From Alphaproteobacteria bacterium (GTDB lineage Bacteria; Pseudomonadota; Alphaproteobacteria; UBA9219; RGZA01), in assembly GCA_021732145.1 (NCBI GenBank), contig JAKFVN010000030.1:5974-69973 (forward strand): a stretch of DNA of 64,000 nt, written 5' to 3'. The stretch's first letter is position 1. Every line of letters starts with the position of its first letter. Made by a program: the position numbers and the translations under genes. This document shows, piece by piece, positions 19,080-29,010 of the stretch. The notes below the pieces were generated by a model. It was given only the letters and a program-made list of their open reading frames with translations. It searched no databases and was not told the DNA's origin.

Positions 19080-19139
19080 GTGGTAAAACGGTTCTCCTGA
19101 CCATAAACTTGCCACAGACGACCCGCATATAAAAGACAC

Positions 19140-20465
19140 ATGTCAAAAGCCGCTTCACTTGCTTGTATTATTCTTGCCGCCGGGCAAGGCACGCGCATGC
19201 GTTCCACAAAAGCCAAAGTGCTGCATGAAGTTGCGGGCTTCCCGATGATTACGCATGTGCGCCGCGCCTGCGAAGCTTTAATCCCTTATAAAATTGTTGG
19301 CGTGATTGGCCCCGATGCGCCGGAAGTTGGCGAAGCGATTGCGCCGCATGCTTCCGTTATTCAAAAGGAACGCAAGGGCACCGCGCATGCCGTGCAGGCT
19401 GCCAAGGATGAGTTGCGCGGATTCCAAGGACGCGTCTTGGTTGTCTATGGCGATACGCCGTTGCTGCGCCCCGAAACATTAAGCGCATTGGTAGGGCAGG
19501 CTGCGCCCGTCAGCGTGCTGACCTTCGAGCCCGATGATGCCGCGCAATATGGCCGCGTATTTTTAAGCAATGAAGGGCTGGTTGAGCAGATTGTGGAATA
19601 TGCCGATGCCAATGCCGCGCAGCGCGCGAATAAACTGTGCAATGCAGGCGTGATGGCGTTTGACAGCGATGCGTTGTGGCAAATTCTGGCAGAAATCAAA
19701 CCGCAAAACGCCAAGGGCGAGTTTTATTTAACCGATGCGGTCGCAATTGCGCGGGCAAAGGGTCTGGCCTGCGGGTATGTAAAGGGCGAAGCCGAAGAAG
19801 TGCTTGGCATCAACAGCCGCGTTGAACTTGCCAGCGCGGAACAAATTATGCAGAAGCGTTTGCGTAACGCGCTGATGGCGCAAGGCGTAACGCTGATTAA
19901 TCCGGACACTGTTCATCTATGCGCGGATACGCGCATTGGTGCGGATGTAACTGTTTATCCCTATGTGGTATTTGGCGCAGCCGTGGTGGTGGATGAAGGC
20001 GTTGACATTCTTTCTTTCAGTCATCTGGAAGGCGTGCGCGTGAAGAAGGGCGCGCGTATCGGGCCTTATGCGCGCTTGCGGCCCGGCACGGTGGTGGGTG
20101 AAACCGCGCATATCGGCAATTTCGTTGAAATCAAGAAAGCCAATATCGAAACCGGCGCAAAAATTAATCACCTGACCTATGTGGGTGATGCACGGGTGGG
20201 CGCGCGCACCAACATCGGCGCTGGCACCATTACCTGTAATTATGACGGTTTCCACAAGCATCACACCGATATTGGCAGCGATGTGTTTGTGGGCTCTGAT
20301 ACCGCGCTGGTTGCGCCCATTAAAATCGGTGACCGCGCGACGATTGCGGCAGGCAGCACCATTACTGAGAATGTTCCTGAAGATTCACTGGCGATTGCCC
20401 GCACCAAGCAAACCGTCAAGGACGGCTGGGCCAAACGCTTCCGCGATAAAAAGGGCGGCAAATAA
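19140..20465 (+). CDS. glmU: Bifunctional UDP-N-acetylglucosamine pyrophosphorylase / glucosamine-1-phosphate N-acetyltransferase GlmU
   Basis: N-terminal nucleotidyltransferase motif (LAAGQGTRMRS) and C-terminal left-handed beta-helix acetyltransferase hexapeptide repeats. 441 aa. Confidence 0.9.
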   Translation: MSKAASLACIILAAGQGTRMRSTKAKVLHEVAGFPMITHVRRACEALIPYKIVGVIGPDAPEVGEAIAPHASVIQKERKGTAHAVQAAKDELRGFQGRVLVVYGDTPLLRPETLSALVGQAAPVSVLTFEPDDAAQYGRVFLSNEGLVEQIVEYADANAAQRANKLCNAGVMAFDSDALWQILAEIKPQNAKGEFYLTDAVAIARAKGLACGYVKGEAEEVLGINSRVELASAEQIMQKRLRNALMAQGVTLINPDTVHLCADTRIGADVTVYPYVVFGAAVVVDEGVDILSFSHLEGVRVKKGARIGPYARLRPGTVVGETAHIGNFVEIKKANIETGAKINHLTYVGDARVGARTNIGAGTITCNYDGFHKHHTDIGSDVFVGSDTALVAPIKIGDRATIAAGSTITENVPEDSLAIARTKQTVKDGWAKRFRDKKGGK

Positions 20466-20479
20466 TTATATACAAGTAA

Positions 20480-21685
20480 TTAAGTGCGTGTCGGCGCTGG
20501 GCGCTGCGTTGCCGCATGACGCATCGCAGGTACCTTGCACAAAATCGTGTGGCCCGTGAAACGCGCCTGCATTTCATCGGTATAGGCTGCCAGCGCAGGG
20601 TCGCTGGCAAGGCCGTTATACAAAATCGCCGCGCCTTCGCGTTGCAGCTTTTCGCGCCATGCTTGTTGCGCAACGTTTTGATACGGCATCACGCGCAGCA
20701 CGGTTAAATAACTGCCGGGGCGGTTGTAACCCGACCAGCATTCTTTTGCAAAAACAGCGTTCGGAGTATTTGGGGTTTCATGCTGCGCTGCTTCCGGCGT
20801 TAAAAAGCCGCCCACGCAGACAATGCGTGAAACGCCGGCCCATTGCGCTTCAGCCAGCAAAAGAGGCCCTGGGTTGCGAATGGTGGTGTAAAGCACCGCT
20901 TCTTTATCTGGAGCACCTTCACGCTTGCCCAGCATCCACGGCGCTGGAAGCTTTTGCTTGTTTTGCTTGTCGCATGCTTTGCGAATGGCAGATACTTCAG
21001 CCGTTGCAAACAAATCCGTGCTGCGGTGGTCGGTTCCCATCACATCGACCATCGCGCCTTTTAAAACGGCAACATGCCGCCCATCGGCCTGCGCGATATC
21101 AAACTGGCGCACGACTTCGTGCGGAACCCGTTCTGCATCGGCATGTTCAACCTGTACCATTCCTTCATGGCTGGAGGTATGCAGGCGGCGGATGTTATCA
21201 AGCACATAAGGCGCATCGTTAAATCCGGCAATTTGCGCAGTGTCTTCGAATGTTGCGCCGTAAGCGACAACAAACTTTCCTTTTTCAAGGAGGCCACGGT
21301 TGGCAAGGTCACGCGCCATTTGTTCTTGTTTGGCTTGGCATGCAGGGCAGCTTTGACCGCTGGATTTGAATTCCACGATTAGATTGGTGCGGCCTTGTTT
21401 CTTAAATTCGCCAAGGGTGTAGCGTAATGCAGTTTGATTTTCGGGGGACAGTAATTCGGCTTCGGCATGCTGGCTTGCAATACCCGTAAGCAACACAGCA
21501 TTCGCCGCCAATCCGCCGATCTGAACGCGGTTGCCGGTATCCAAATCGACAACGTGCATCGATGCGCCAAATGGGCCGCCGCGGCTGGCTTCCATATTTG
21601 CTTTTGCAAATTCGTCAGTCTTGTTTAGTTCTTCAAGAAGCGTATCAGGGTCAAGCTGGCTGGTAATATCGCTGATGCGGTGCAT
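20480..21685 (-). CDS. Two-domain protein: N-terminal CDA-fold (cytidine/guanine/tRNA-adenosine deaminase-like) zinc-dependent deaminase domain fused to an uncharacterised C-terminal domain of about 250 aa
   Basis: GGPFGASMHVVDLDTGNRVQIGGLAANAV...QHAEAELL...SCPACQA matches the deaminase H(A/C)E...CxxC zinc-ligand pattern at the expected spacing. No match to RibD reductase motifs was recognised. The ORF track start is a TTG (21697); the ATG is at 21685. Confidence 0.5.
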   Translation of the reverse strand: MHRISDITSQLDPDTLLEELNKTDEFAKANMEASRGGPFGASMHVVDLDTGNRVQIGGLAANAVLLTGIASQHAEAELLSPENQTALRYTLGEFKKQGRTNLIVEFKSSGQSCPACQAKQEQMARDLANRGLLEKGKFVVAYGATFEDTAQIAGFNDAPYVLDNIRRLHTSSHEGMVQVEHADAERVPHEVVRQFDIAQADGRHVAVLKGAMVDVMGTDHRSTDLFATAEVSAIRKACDKQNKQKLPAPWMLGKREGAPDKEAVLYTTIRNPGPLLLAEAQWAGVSRIVCVGGFLTPEAAQHETPNTPNAVFAKECWSGYNRPGSYLTVLRVMPYQNVAQQAWREKLQREGAAILYNGLASDPALAAYTDEMQARFTGHTILCKVPAMRHAATQRPAPTRT

Positions 21686-21796
21686 ATGTGTTCTCAAAAT
21701 AAATCAGGGGCAATATGCCCGCAGTTTAGTTTGAGATTCCGCCAGTCGCAACGGCTGGATAAGCCGATTATACTTTCTTTGCTGCGTTAATAATCC

Positions 21797-22723
21797 TTAA
21801 ATCCGTATGCCAAAAATCGGGATAATCGTGCTGCGTGGAGCGTAACCGTAAGGCGTATTATGGGGCGCGTTATACGGTGTTGAGTAGTTCGCCGTGTGAG
21901 GCTGCTCGCGGTGATACTGTTGCTGCGCCTGGTATTCCCGCGATTTCATGTATTCGTTTGCAAAGGAGGCGCGAAGGAAATCTTCATTCGCACGCACATC
22001 AATCGCGAAGGGGCTATCGGCACGTTGGCCAGCGGCATTTGCGCTTGGCGCAAAACTATCGCTGAAATGCCTTAAGTCACTGCCCAGGCTTTGCGGATTC
22101 AAACGGCCCGTGCGCACGGCTTCTAATGCTTCTGGCGTAAAGAGACCGGTTGGATCCATCTGCCTGCCACCTTGCTGCATCAACGCATGGGTGATCTGCT
22201 TGAACATTCTGCGTTCTTCCGGCGTTGTTGGAAGCGTGATGTTGGTGCGCAAAGTCACGCGGTCATTCTCACGGCCGTCCATTGCAGCGTTCATGAAGCT
22301 TCTGAATTTTGCTGGCGTAAATGGATCAGGCAATGCGCCATTGTTATAAGGCATGCCAGTTGGGCCATAAGCAGGGCCATAGGATTGCGGGCGACGTATG
22401 CCAAGCAACGATTCAAAGAAGCTTGGTTGCTGATAATAATAAGGACGTGATTGCGGATAATAGCTCGTTGATTGCGGGCGATAGCCATAGCGTGGATCTG
22501 GCTGATGGCGATAATCATTCTGATGGCGTTGCGCAGATGCGGGTTGATAAACGGTGCGCTGCACAGGAGCAACGGGATGCTGCGCTCTTGGTGTTGTAAT
22601 GGGTGTTGTAATCGGCGTTGCGTGTTGAACAATGGGCGTTGTTCTAACGACGGGAGCTGCACTTGGTGCAGTATGTTTATGAGCCGCTGGCATTGGGGCG
22701 GCGGTTGGTGTTGGGTGGGCCAT
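21797..22723 (-). CDS. Pro/Tyr/Gln-rich low-complexity hypothetical protein
   Basis: 308 aa. The N-terminal third is Pro/Thr/Ala/His-rich (TPITTPITTP) with Tyr/Gln-rich stretches (YYPQSRPYYYQQP). No signal peptide. Same strand as, and 99 bp upstream of, the deaminase-domain gene. Confidence 0.4.
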   Translation of the reverse strand: MAHPTPTAAPMPAAHKHTAPSAAPVVRTTPIVQHATPITTPITTPRAQHPVAPVQRTVYQPASAQRHQNDYRHQPDPRYGYRPQSTSYYPQSRPYYYQQPSFFESLLGIRRPQSYGPAYGPTGMPYNNGALPDPFTPAKFRSFMNAAMDGRENDRVTLRTNITLPTTPEERRMFKQITHALMQQGGRQMDPTGLFTPEALEAVRTGRLNPQSLGSDLRHFSDSFAPSANAAGQRADSPFAIDVRANEDFLRASFANEYMKSREYQAQQQYHREQPHTANYSTPYNAPHNTPYGYAPRSTIIPIFGIRI

Positions 22724-22946
22724 TCATAACTCCCGTCTAGGTGTTGGAGAATCTGCGCTCTCTTGAAACTAATGTAACATCTAAATTCACAGTTATTACT
22801 TTCGACGTTAGTTAATTGGTTAATCGGCGCGCTTTCTGAAGGAATAGGGATGAAATGTTTTGTCAGCCATTGTTGTTCTTTAATCTGCGCGCTTTGCGTT
22901 TATACCTTAACTCCTTCGTCTAACTCCTTACGCGCTTTAGAAACTC

Positions 22947-24770
22947 ATGTGTGGAATTGTTGGTGTTATTGCAAATCGTCCCGTTGCCAGCCTTGTTCTG
23001 GAAGGGTTGAAGCGCCTTGAATATCGCGGCTATGACAGCGCGGGTATTGCAACCTTATCGGGTGCGAATATCGAACGCCGCCGCGCGCAGGGAAAAATCA
23101 GCAACCTTGATGCCAGGTTACAGCAGGAACCATTGCCGGGAAATATCGGCATTGGCCATACGCGCTGGGCAACGCATGGCAAGCCGAACGAAACCAACGC
23201 GCACCCGCATGCAACGAAACGCGTGGCGGTGGTGCATAACGGCATTATTGAAAATTACAAGGAACTGCGCGCCGAGCTGGAAGGCAAGGGCTGCATGTTC
23301 CTGAGCGATACAGACACCGAAACCATCGCGCATCTGCTTACGCTATATATCGAAGAAGGATTAAGCCCGCGTGATGCAACCGCAAAAGCACTGAAGCGTT
23401 TGGAAGGTGCGTTCGCATTGGCGCTGCTGTTTTCGGGCGATGAGAATTTATTGATTGGTGCGCGCCGTGGCAGCCCATTGGCGATTGGCTATGGCGATGG
23501 CGAGATGTATTTGGGTTCCGATGCGCTGGCGCTTGCGCCGCTGACCAACCGCATTACCTATCTGGAAGAAGGCGATTGGGCCGAGATTAAGCGCGATAGC
23601 GTTACGGTGCACGATGCCAGCGATGCGGTCGTAAAACGCCCCATTCAGCAGACATCACTTTCCGGCGCAATGATTGGCAAGGCGGGTTACCGCCACTTCA
23701 TGCTCAAGGAAATCTTTGAACAGGCCGGCGTGATTGGCGATACGCTCAACAGCCTTGTTGACCCTGCAACAGGTGAATTGCAATTGCCGGAGCTTCCATT
23801 CAACTGGAAAGATTTAAGCCGCATCACCTTAATCGGTTGCGGTACGGCGCATTATGCGGGCGTGGTTGCCAAGTATTGGTTTGAGCAAATTGCCAAGCTG
23901 TCGGTTGAAACCGATATTGCATCCGAATTCCGTTACCGCGAAGGCCCGATGCCCAAGGGCGGCGTGATGATTGTGGTATCGCAAAGCGGTGAAACGGCGG
24001 ATACGCTGGCCGCCATTCATTATGCGAAATCGCAGGGTCAGAAGATTATTGCGATTGTGAATGTGCTTGGCTCATCCATGGCGCGTTTGGCCGATGTGGT
24101 GGTGCCAACCCTTGCGGGCCCAGAAATTGGCGTTGCATCAACGAAGGCGTTTACAACGCAATTGGTTGTATTGGCTATTCTGGCACTCGATTGCGCGGTG
24201 AAGCGCGGTATGATTACCAAGGATGAAATGGCAACGCATGTAAAAACCCTGCGCGAAGTGCCAAGCGATATTAATGCGGTGGTGCAGCAGCACGAACAAA
24301 TCCGCGAATTATCGCAGTCCTTGGCGGAAGCGCGCGATTGCATTTATCTGGGCCGCGGGCTGAATTACCCGATTGCGCTGGAAGGCGCGCTGAAGCTGAA
24401 GGAAATTTCATACATTCACGCGGAAGCCTATGCGGCGGGCGAATTGAAGCATGGCCCGATTGCGCTGATTGATGAAGACATGCCGGTGGTGGTGCTTGCG
24501 CCGCGCGATGCCTTGTTTGAAAAAACTGCATCGAATATTCAGGAAGTGATGGCCAGAGGCGGAAAAGTGATTGTGTTCGCACACCCCGAAGGTGTGAAGT
24601 CAATTAATCCCAAACCGTTCTGGAGCATGGCATTGCCGGATGTCGACAGCTTTGTCTCGCCATTGTTATACGCCGTGCCGATGCAGTTGCTGGCGTATTA
24701 TACCGCCATGGCCAAGGGCACAGATATCGACCAGCCGCGTAACCTTGCGAAAAGCGTGACGGTGGAATAA
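22947..24770 (+). CDS. glmS: Glutamine--fructose-6-phosphate aminotransferase GlmS
   Basis: N-terminal MCGIVG (catalytic Cys2 of the Ntn glutaminase) and two SIS domains. C-terminal KSVTVE. 607 aa. Confidence 0.9.
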   Translation: MCGIVGVIANRPVASLVLEGLKRLEYRGYDSAGIATLSGANIERRRAQGKISNLDARLQQEPLPGNIGIGHTRWATHGKPNETNAHPHATKRVAVVHNGIIENYKELRAELEGKGCMFLSDTDTETIAHLLTLYIEEGLSPRDATAKALKRLEGAFALALLFSGDENLLIGARRGSPLAIGYGDGEMYLGSDALALAPLTNRITYLEEGDWAEIKRDSVTVHDASDAVVKRPIQQTSLSGAMIGKAGYRHFMLKEIFEQAGVIGDTLNSLVDPATGELQLPELPFNWKDLSRITLIGCGTAHYAGVVAKYWFEQIAKLSVETDIASEFRYREGPMPKGGVMIVVSQSGETADTLAAIHYAKSQGQKIIAIVNVLGSSMARLADVVVPTLAGPEIGVASTKAFTTQLVVLAILALDCAVKRGMITKDEMATHVKTLREVPSDINAVVQQHEQIRELSQSLAEARDCIYLGRGLNYPIALEGALKLKEISYIHAEAYAAGELKHGPIALIDEDMPVVVLAPRDALFEKTASNIQEVMARGGKVIVFAHPEGVKSINPKPFWSMALPDVDSFVSPLLYAVPMQLLAYYTAMAKGTDIDQPRNLAKSVTVE

Positions 24771-24773
24771 GCG

Positions 24774-25172
24774 CTAGCCCGCCCGCTCGATGAATTGCTG
24801 CGCATTATTGCAGATGTCATACCATTCGGCTTTCGAGCCAACGAAGATATGCGTTGAGACTTTTTTATCAATCGGCGTATCAAGCGTACCGATGCGCACG
24901 CGCACCATGTCGGGCATGGCTTTGCGCTTGCTGAAAATGGGGGAGCCGCAATCGCTGCAAAACATGCGGTCAACGCCCGCTTCATAGACATGGGCTTTGA
25001 GCGTGTCTTGACCTTTCACAATCTTGAATTGCGCAGCGGGGATGGGCGATACGGCATTGAATGCCGAACCATTTGCCTTGCGGCAGCGCTGGCAGTGGCA
25101 ATAAATAATCTGTTTTATATCGCCTGAAATTTCATAGGCAACGGCACCACACAGGCAGCTTCCTTTATGCAT
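24774..25172 (-). CDS. GFA family protein (glutathione-dependent formaldehyde-activating enzyme / CENP-V-like Cys-rich zinc protein)
   Basis: Conserved Cys pattern: CLCGAV ... CHCQRCRK ... CSDCGS. Confidence 0.7.
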   Translation of the reverse strand: MHKGSCLCGAVAYEISGDIKQIIYCHCQRCRKANGSAFNAVSPIPAAQFKIVKGQDTLKAHVYEAGVDRMFCSDCGSPIFSKRKAMPDMVRVRIGTLDTPIDKKVSTHIFVGSKAEWYDICNNAQQFIERAG

Positions 25173-25185
25173 ACCAAATCCTTTG

Positions 25186-25536
25186 CTACAGTAAGTTTAT
25201 TCCAAATTGCCTGAGGATGATGCTGAACACACCAAAGCAAACCGCTGAAAGCATCACGCACAAGCCAAGCGTGGGCCAGAACCCGAAACGTTCCAGAAGC
25301 AGCGGAAATGCCAAAAATATCGGAAGGGTCGGCACGACATACCAAAAGGTATAATAGGCGTGACTGGCGATTTTCTCCGGCGGTTGCTTTTCGATATAGA
25401 GCCAAATAAGGGTCAGGATAGTTATTAACGGCAGGGCGGCAATGAATCCGCCCAGTCTATCGCTGCGCTTGGCGGCTTCGGACACCAAAACAACCACCCC
25501 GGCAGTAAGAAAGTATTTTGTGATAATCCACATCAT
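25186..25536 (-). CDS. Small membrane protein (DUF3147-like), hypothetical
   Basis: 116 aa with 3-4 hydrophobic helices. ATG confirmed at 25536. Confidence 0.35.
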   Translation of the reverse strand: MMWIITKYFLTAGVVVLVSEAAKRSDRLGGFIAALPLITILTLIWLYIEKQPPEKIASHAYYTFWYVVPTLPIFLAFPLLLERFGFWPTLGLCVMLSAVCFGVFSIILRQFGINLL

Positions 25537-25619
25537 CGCGTATCTTTACTCCCATACAATGTGTTGTTTTAGTTTATTCTTTTTTTTGACTTTTTTGAAT
25601 AGCGAATATCGAGGCACCG

Positions 25620-25892
25620 ATGAACGACAATACTTCAATTGAAACAAAAGATTGGATTGAGATTGTAGAGCAGGAATGGGGCTTTCGGCCAATCTCATGT
25701 ATGATTGATGCTGAACGCCAAACTGTGGTTGCTATATTCAGTACGCCTTTGCGTGTAACCGGTGATATGAGAATTATGGGGTGTACCATTATTCCAAAGA
25801 CCTCAATGCCAGCGGCGGAGCACCCGTTTAATGCCGAGCGCAGGCATGTTGGCCAACGCGTTCGCATTCATGGCGCGCAAAACACGTTGTAA
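25620..25892 (+). CDS. Hypothetical small protein (90 aa)
   Basis: ATG at 25620 with GAGG 6 nt upstream. No homology recognised. Confidence 0.3.
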   Translation: MNDNTSIETKDWIEIVEQEWGFRPISCMIDAERQTVVAIFSTPLRVTGDMRIMGCTIIPKTSMPAAEHPFNAERRHVGQRVRIHGAQNTL

Positions 25893-25975
25893 ATTCGTGC
25901 CGCACCGCGCTTTTTTCACAAAAAAAACAGGTTTTTTCCCTTATCTTTTTGATTTTGGTGCCCTATATTCTAGGA

Positions 25976-27370
25976 ATGACCCAAAATACGAAATGGACAC
26001 CAGATAGCTGGAAATCAAAGCCCGACCCGCAACGCACGGTATATCCGAATGAGGCGGCGCTTGATAACACCGTTGAACGCTTGCGAAATTATCCTCCGCT
26101 GGTTTTTGCAGGCGAAGCACGCCGTTTAAAGGCCAGCCTTGCCAAGGTTGCGGCAGGCGAAGCGTTTTTATTGCAAGGTGGCGATTGCGCCGAAAGTTTT
26201 GCCGAATTCCACCCCAATAACATCCGCGACACATTCCGCGTGATGTTGCAGATGGCTGTCATTCTGACCTTTGGTGGTGTTACGCCGGTGGTGAAGGTTG
26301 GCCGCATGGCTGGCCAATTTGCCAAGCCGCGCAGCGAACCCGTTGAAAAGCAGGGTGATATTTCATTGCCAAGCTATAAGGGCGATATCATCAACAATAT
26401 CGATTTTGATGCCAAAGGCCGCGCGCCAGACCCGGAACGCATGGTGCAGGCCTATAACCAGTCAGCGGCAACGCTGAACCTTTTGCGCGCATTCGCGCAA
26501 GGCGGTTATGCCGATTTGCACAAGGTGCACCAATGGACATTAAATTTTGTAGATAAGAGCCCGGTGGGTGAACGTTACCGCGATTTGGCTGGCCGTTTGG
26601 ATGAAGCGCTGGCATTCATGGGCGCATGCGGTCTTACATCGGAATCCGTGACGCAATTACGCGAAACCGAATTCTTCACATCGCACGAAGCATTGCTGCT
26701 GCCATATGAACAGGCGCTGACCCGCATCGATAGCACCAGTGGCGATTGGTATGATGTGTCTGCGCATATGCTGTGGATTGGCGACCGCACCCGTGCGCCA
26801 GATGGCGCGCATGTGGAATTCCTGCGCGGCGTTAAAAACCCCTTAGGTCTGAAATGCGGCCCATCGATGCAGATTGATGATTTGCTGAGGCTGATTGATA
26901 TTCTGAACCCAACCAACGAGGCGGGCCGCTTAACGCTGATCGTGCGCATGGGTTCAGATAAGGTTTCGGAAAAGCTGCCGGCACTGCTGCGTGCCGTTAA
27001 AAAGGAAGGCCGCACGGTGGTATGGGCCAGCGACCCGATGCATGGCAATACGGTCAAAACCGCATCCGGCATCAAGACGCGCCCATTCGATCGCATCATG
27101 TCGGAGGCCAAGAGCTTCTTCACCGTGTGCCAGGCCGAAGGCGTGCATCCTGGCGGTGTTCATCTGGAATTAACCGGACGTGATGTAACGGAATGCCTTG
27201 GCGGCTCCGTTGCTATTAGCGAAAGCAATCTGGGCGACCGTTACGACACGCATTGCGACCCGCGCTTGAATGCAAGCCAGGGGATTGAACTCGCATTCCT
27301 GTTTGCTGAATTCTTGAAGGCGCAGCGACACAACGCCAAAATTAAAAACATAAATGAGCGCACGGCATGA
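25976..27370 (+). CDS. 3-deoxy-D-arabino-heptulosonate-7-phosphate (DAHP) synthase, class II
   Basis: About 460 aa plant-like class II DAHP synthase. The N-terminus ([13 protein letters not shown]...[13 protein letters not shown]) and the rest are colinear with AroA(II). The ORF track start at 25949 is a TTG; the ATG at 25976 was chosen. Confidence 0.85.
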   Translation: MTQNTKWTPDSWKSKPDPQRTVYPNEAALDNTVERLRNYPPLVFAGEARRLKASLAKVAAGEAFLLQGGDCAESFAEFHPNNIRDTFRVMLQMAVILTFGGVTPVVKVGRMAGQFAKPRSEPVEKQGDISLPSYKGDIINNIDFDAKGRAPDPERMVQAYNQSAATLNLLRAFAQGGYADLHKVHQWTLNFVDKSPVGERYRDLAGRLDEALAFMGACGLTSESVTQLRETEFFTSHEALLLPYEQALTRIDSTSGDWYDVSAHMLWIGDRTRAPDGAHVEFLRGVKNPLGLKCGPSMQIDDLLRLIDILNPTNEAGRLTLIVRMGSDKVSEKLPALLRAVKKEGRTVVWASDPMHGNTVKTASGIKTRPFDRIMSEAKSFFTVCQAEGVHPGGVHLELTGRDVTECLGGSVAISESNLGDRYDTHCDPRLNASQGIELAFLFAEFLKAQRHNAKIKNINERTA

Positions 27371-27948
27371 AACAGAACATGAAAGACCTGGCTGCAAAGG
27401 CATTTGCAGAAAGCGCGGCTAACTTTTTAAAGCTTCAGGATTTGGCGGGGCTGGTTGCCGATGTGGGCATGGATTGCTCCGATGTGTTGAAAAAGGGCGG
27501 CCATTTGTTTTTCTGCGGGAATGGCGGTTCCGCTGCCGATGCGCAGCACATTGCCGCCGAACTGGTTGGGCGTTTCCTAAAGGAACGCAAGCCACTCGCG
27601 GCCACAGCCTTATCGTGCAATACATCGACCATGACGGCCGTGGGCAATGATTATGGCTACGACTTTATTTTCTCCCGCCAAATCGAAGGTCTTGCGAAAA
27701 AAGACGATGTGCTGTTTGCCATTTCCACCAGCGGCAACAGCAAGAATGTGGTGCTGGCGGTGATGGCGGCCAAATCGATGGGCGTGAAGACGATTGGCAT
27801 TACCGGCAGCAAGGGCGGCAAGCTGGCTGAGCTGTGCGATGCGTGCATTAAGGTGCCATCCGACCACACCCCGCGCATTCAGGAAATGCACATTGCGGTT
27901 GGGCATATGCTGTGTGAAATTATCGATGAAATTTATCTTGCTGAGTAA
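27367..27948 (+). CDS. gmhA: Phosphoheptose isomerase (SIS domain) GmhA
   Basis: SIS-domain motifs ([31 protein letters not shown]). Overlaps the DAHP synthase stop by 4 nt. Followed by gmhB. Confidence 0.8.
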   Translation: MKQNMKDLAAKAFAESAANFLKLQDLAGLVADVGMDCSDVLKKGGHLFFCGNGGSAADAQHIAAELVGRFLKERKPLAATALSCNTSTMTAVGNDYGYDFIFSRQIEGLAKKDDVLFAISTSGNSKNVVLAVMAAKSMGVKTIGITGSKGGKLAELCDACIKVPSDHTPRIQEMHIAVGHMLCEIIDEIYLAE

Positions 27949-27957
27949 GCGCGCAGC

Positions 27958-28458
27958 ATGAAACCGCAGCCAGCCATCTTCTTTGACAGAGACGGCGTTT
28001 TAAATACCGATATCGGCTATGCGTATTTGCCCGAGCACATCACATGGGTTGATGGCGCGCTGGATGCGATTAAGCTGGCCAATAAAAACGGTTATCTGGT
28101 GTTTGTGGCCACCAACCAATCCGGCGTGGCGCGCGGCATGTACACGGAAAGCGACGTGCAGCGTTTGCATGCGTGGATGCAGAAAGAATGCCTTGCGCAT
28201 GGCGCGGTCATTCACAGCTTTGCGTTTTGCCCGCATCATGCCACCGAAGGGCAGGGCGTATATAAAGTAGAGTGCAATTGCCGCAAGCCTGCGCCCGGCA
28301 TGCTGCTAAGCCTGGCGAAGGCCAATGAAATCGATATGTCGCGCAGCATGATGATTGGCGATAAAGACAGCGATATGCAGGCGGCCAAGGCCGCAGGGAT
28401 TGCCGGCCATCTGTTCAAAGGCGGCAACCTGTTGCAATTCGTGAAGCGGCTTTTATAG
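27958..28458 (+). CDS. gmhB: D-glycero-D-manno-heptose 1,7-bisphosphate phosphatase GmhB (HAD-IIIA)
   Basis: HAD-IIIA motifs (FFDRDGVLN, VATNQSG, GDKDSDMQAA) and the Zn-binding Cys cluster C-x-H-x(n)-C-x-C of GmhB. Confidence 0.75.
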   Translation: MKPQPAIFFDRDGVLNTDIGYAYLPEHITWVDGALDAIKLANKNGYLVFVATNQSGVARGMYTESDVQRLHAWMQKECLAHGAVIHSFAFCPHHATEGQGVYKVECNCRKPAPGMLLSLAKANEIDMSRSMMIGDKDSDMQAAKAAGIAGHLFKGGNLLQFVKRLL

Positions 28459-28675
28459 TTTTTGGCGGCATGAGCCGCCGCCGCGCCGGTTGGCGTGAAC
28501 CCAACGGCATATTATAACGATATAAAGCCGTTGGCTTTCCAGCGTTCCTAAAATTTGAACTAAATTCATTTTGAACTCTGCGCATCGTTAAGCCGCGTTT
28601 AAGCACGATGCGGTATGGTTAAGCATCTCAATTTTATTTTAGAAATTTACGCATTATCTTTTTTGGGGATTCGAT

Positions 28676-28981
28676 ATGAAAAAAGTTATGGCATTCGCAG
28701 TGGTCGCATTGTTGGTTTCAGTAACCAGCGCAATGGCGCAACCACAAGCAAAAGAAATCGCATATGTCACCAGCTGCGCCAAAGGCGTGCATGTGTATGA
28801 CAAAGTGACCGACAGCGTAACCTGCGGCAAGCCTGCTATGTCAGGCACCGGTTATGTCATCGAAATGGCAACCGATGCCAGCGGCAACGTGCAATGCCCA
28901 AAGGGTTATAACTATATTGGCCATGTGCAGGGCAGCCAGATGGGTTCAGGCTTGCAGCACTTTGCCTGCGTCAAAGGCTAA
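28676..28981 (+). CDS. Small secreted protein (101 aa, signal peptide, 4 Cys), hypothetical
   Basis: MKKVMAFAVVALLVSVTSAMA|QPQ signal peptide. GGGGA SD 6 nt upstream of the ATG. No homology recognised. Confidence 0.45.
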   Translation: MKKVMAFAVVALLVSVTSAMAQPQAKEIAYVTSCAKGVHVYDKVTDSVTCGKPAMSGTGYVIEMATDASGNVQCPKGYNYIGHVQGSQMGSGLQHFACVKG

Positions 28982-29010
28982 GGGCGTAAAAGGCTAATTT
29001 AAAAATTATC

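Noticed and set aside
20480-21697. Deaminase-domain protein as RibD (riboflavin deaminase-reductase).
   Set aside because: The N-terminal domain fits any CDA-fold deaminase. I could not align the C-terminal 250 aa to the RibD reductase domain, and the total length (about 400 aa) exceeds that of typical RibD. This is kept only as an alternative to test.
22724-22946. Possible glmS ribozyme in the 223-bp region upstream of glmS.
   Set aside because: The glmS ribozyme is essentially confined to Gram-positive lineages. I saw no pseudoknotted core-like conserved segments. The region reads as a divergent promoter with a short direct repeat instead.
28459-28500. GC hairpin (GGCGGC-atga-GCCGCC) immediately after gmhB, as a possible rho-independent terminator.
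   Set aside because: The stem is not followed by a U-tract on either strand (T-run before it on the plus strand, A-run after it on the minus strand), so it does not fit an intrinsic terminator. It may still be a structural element.
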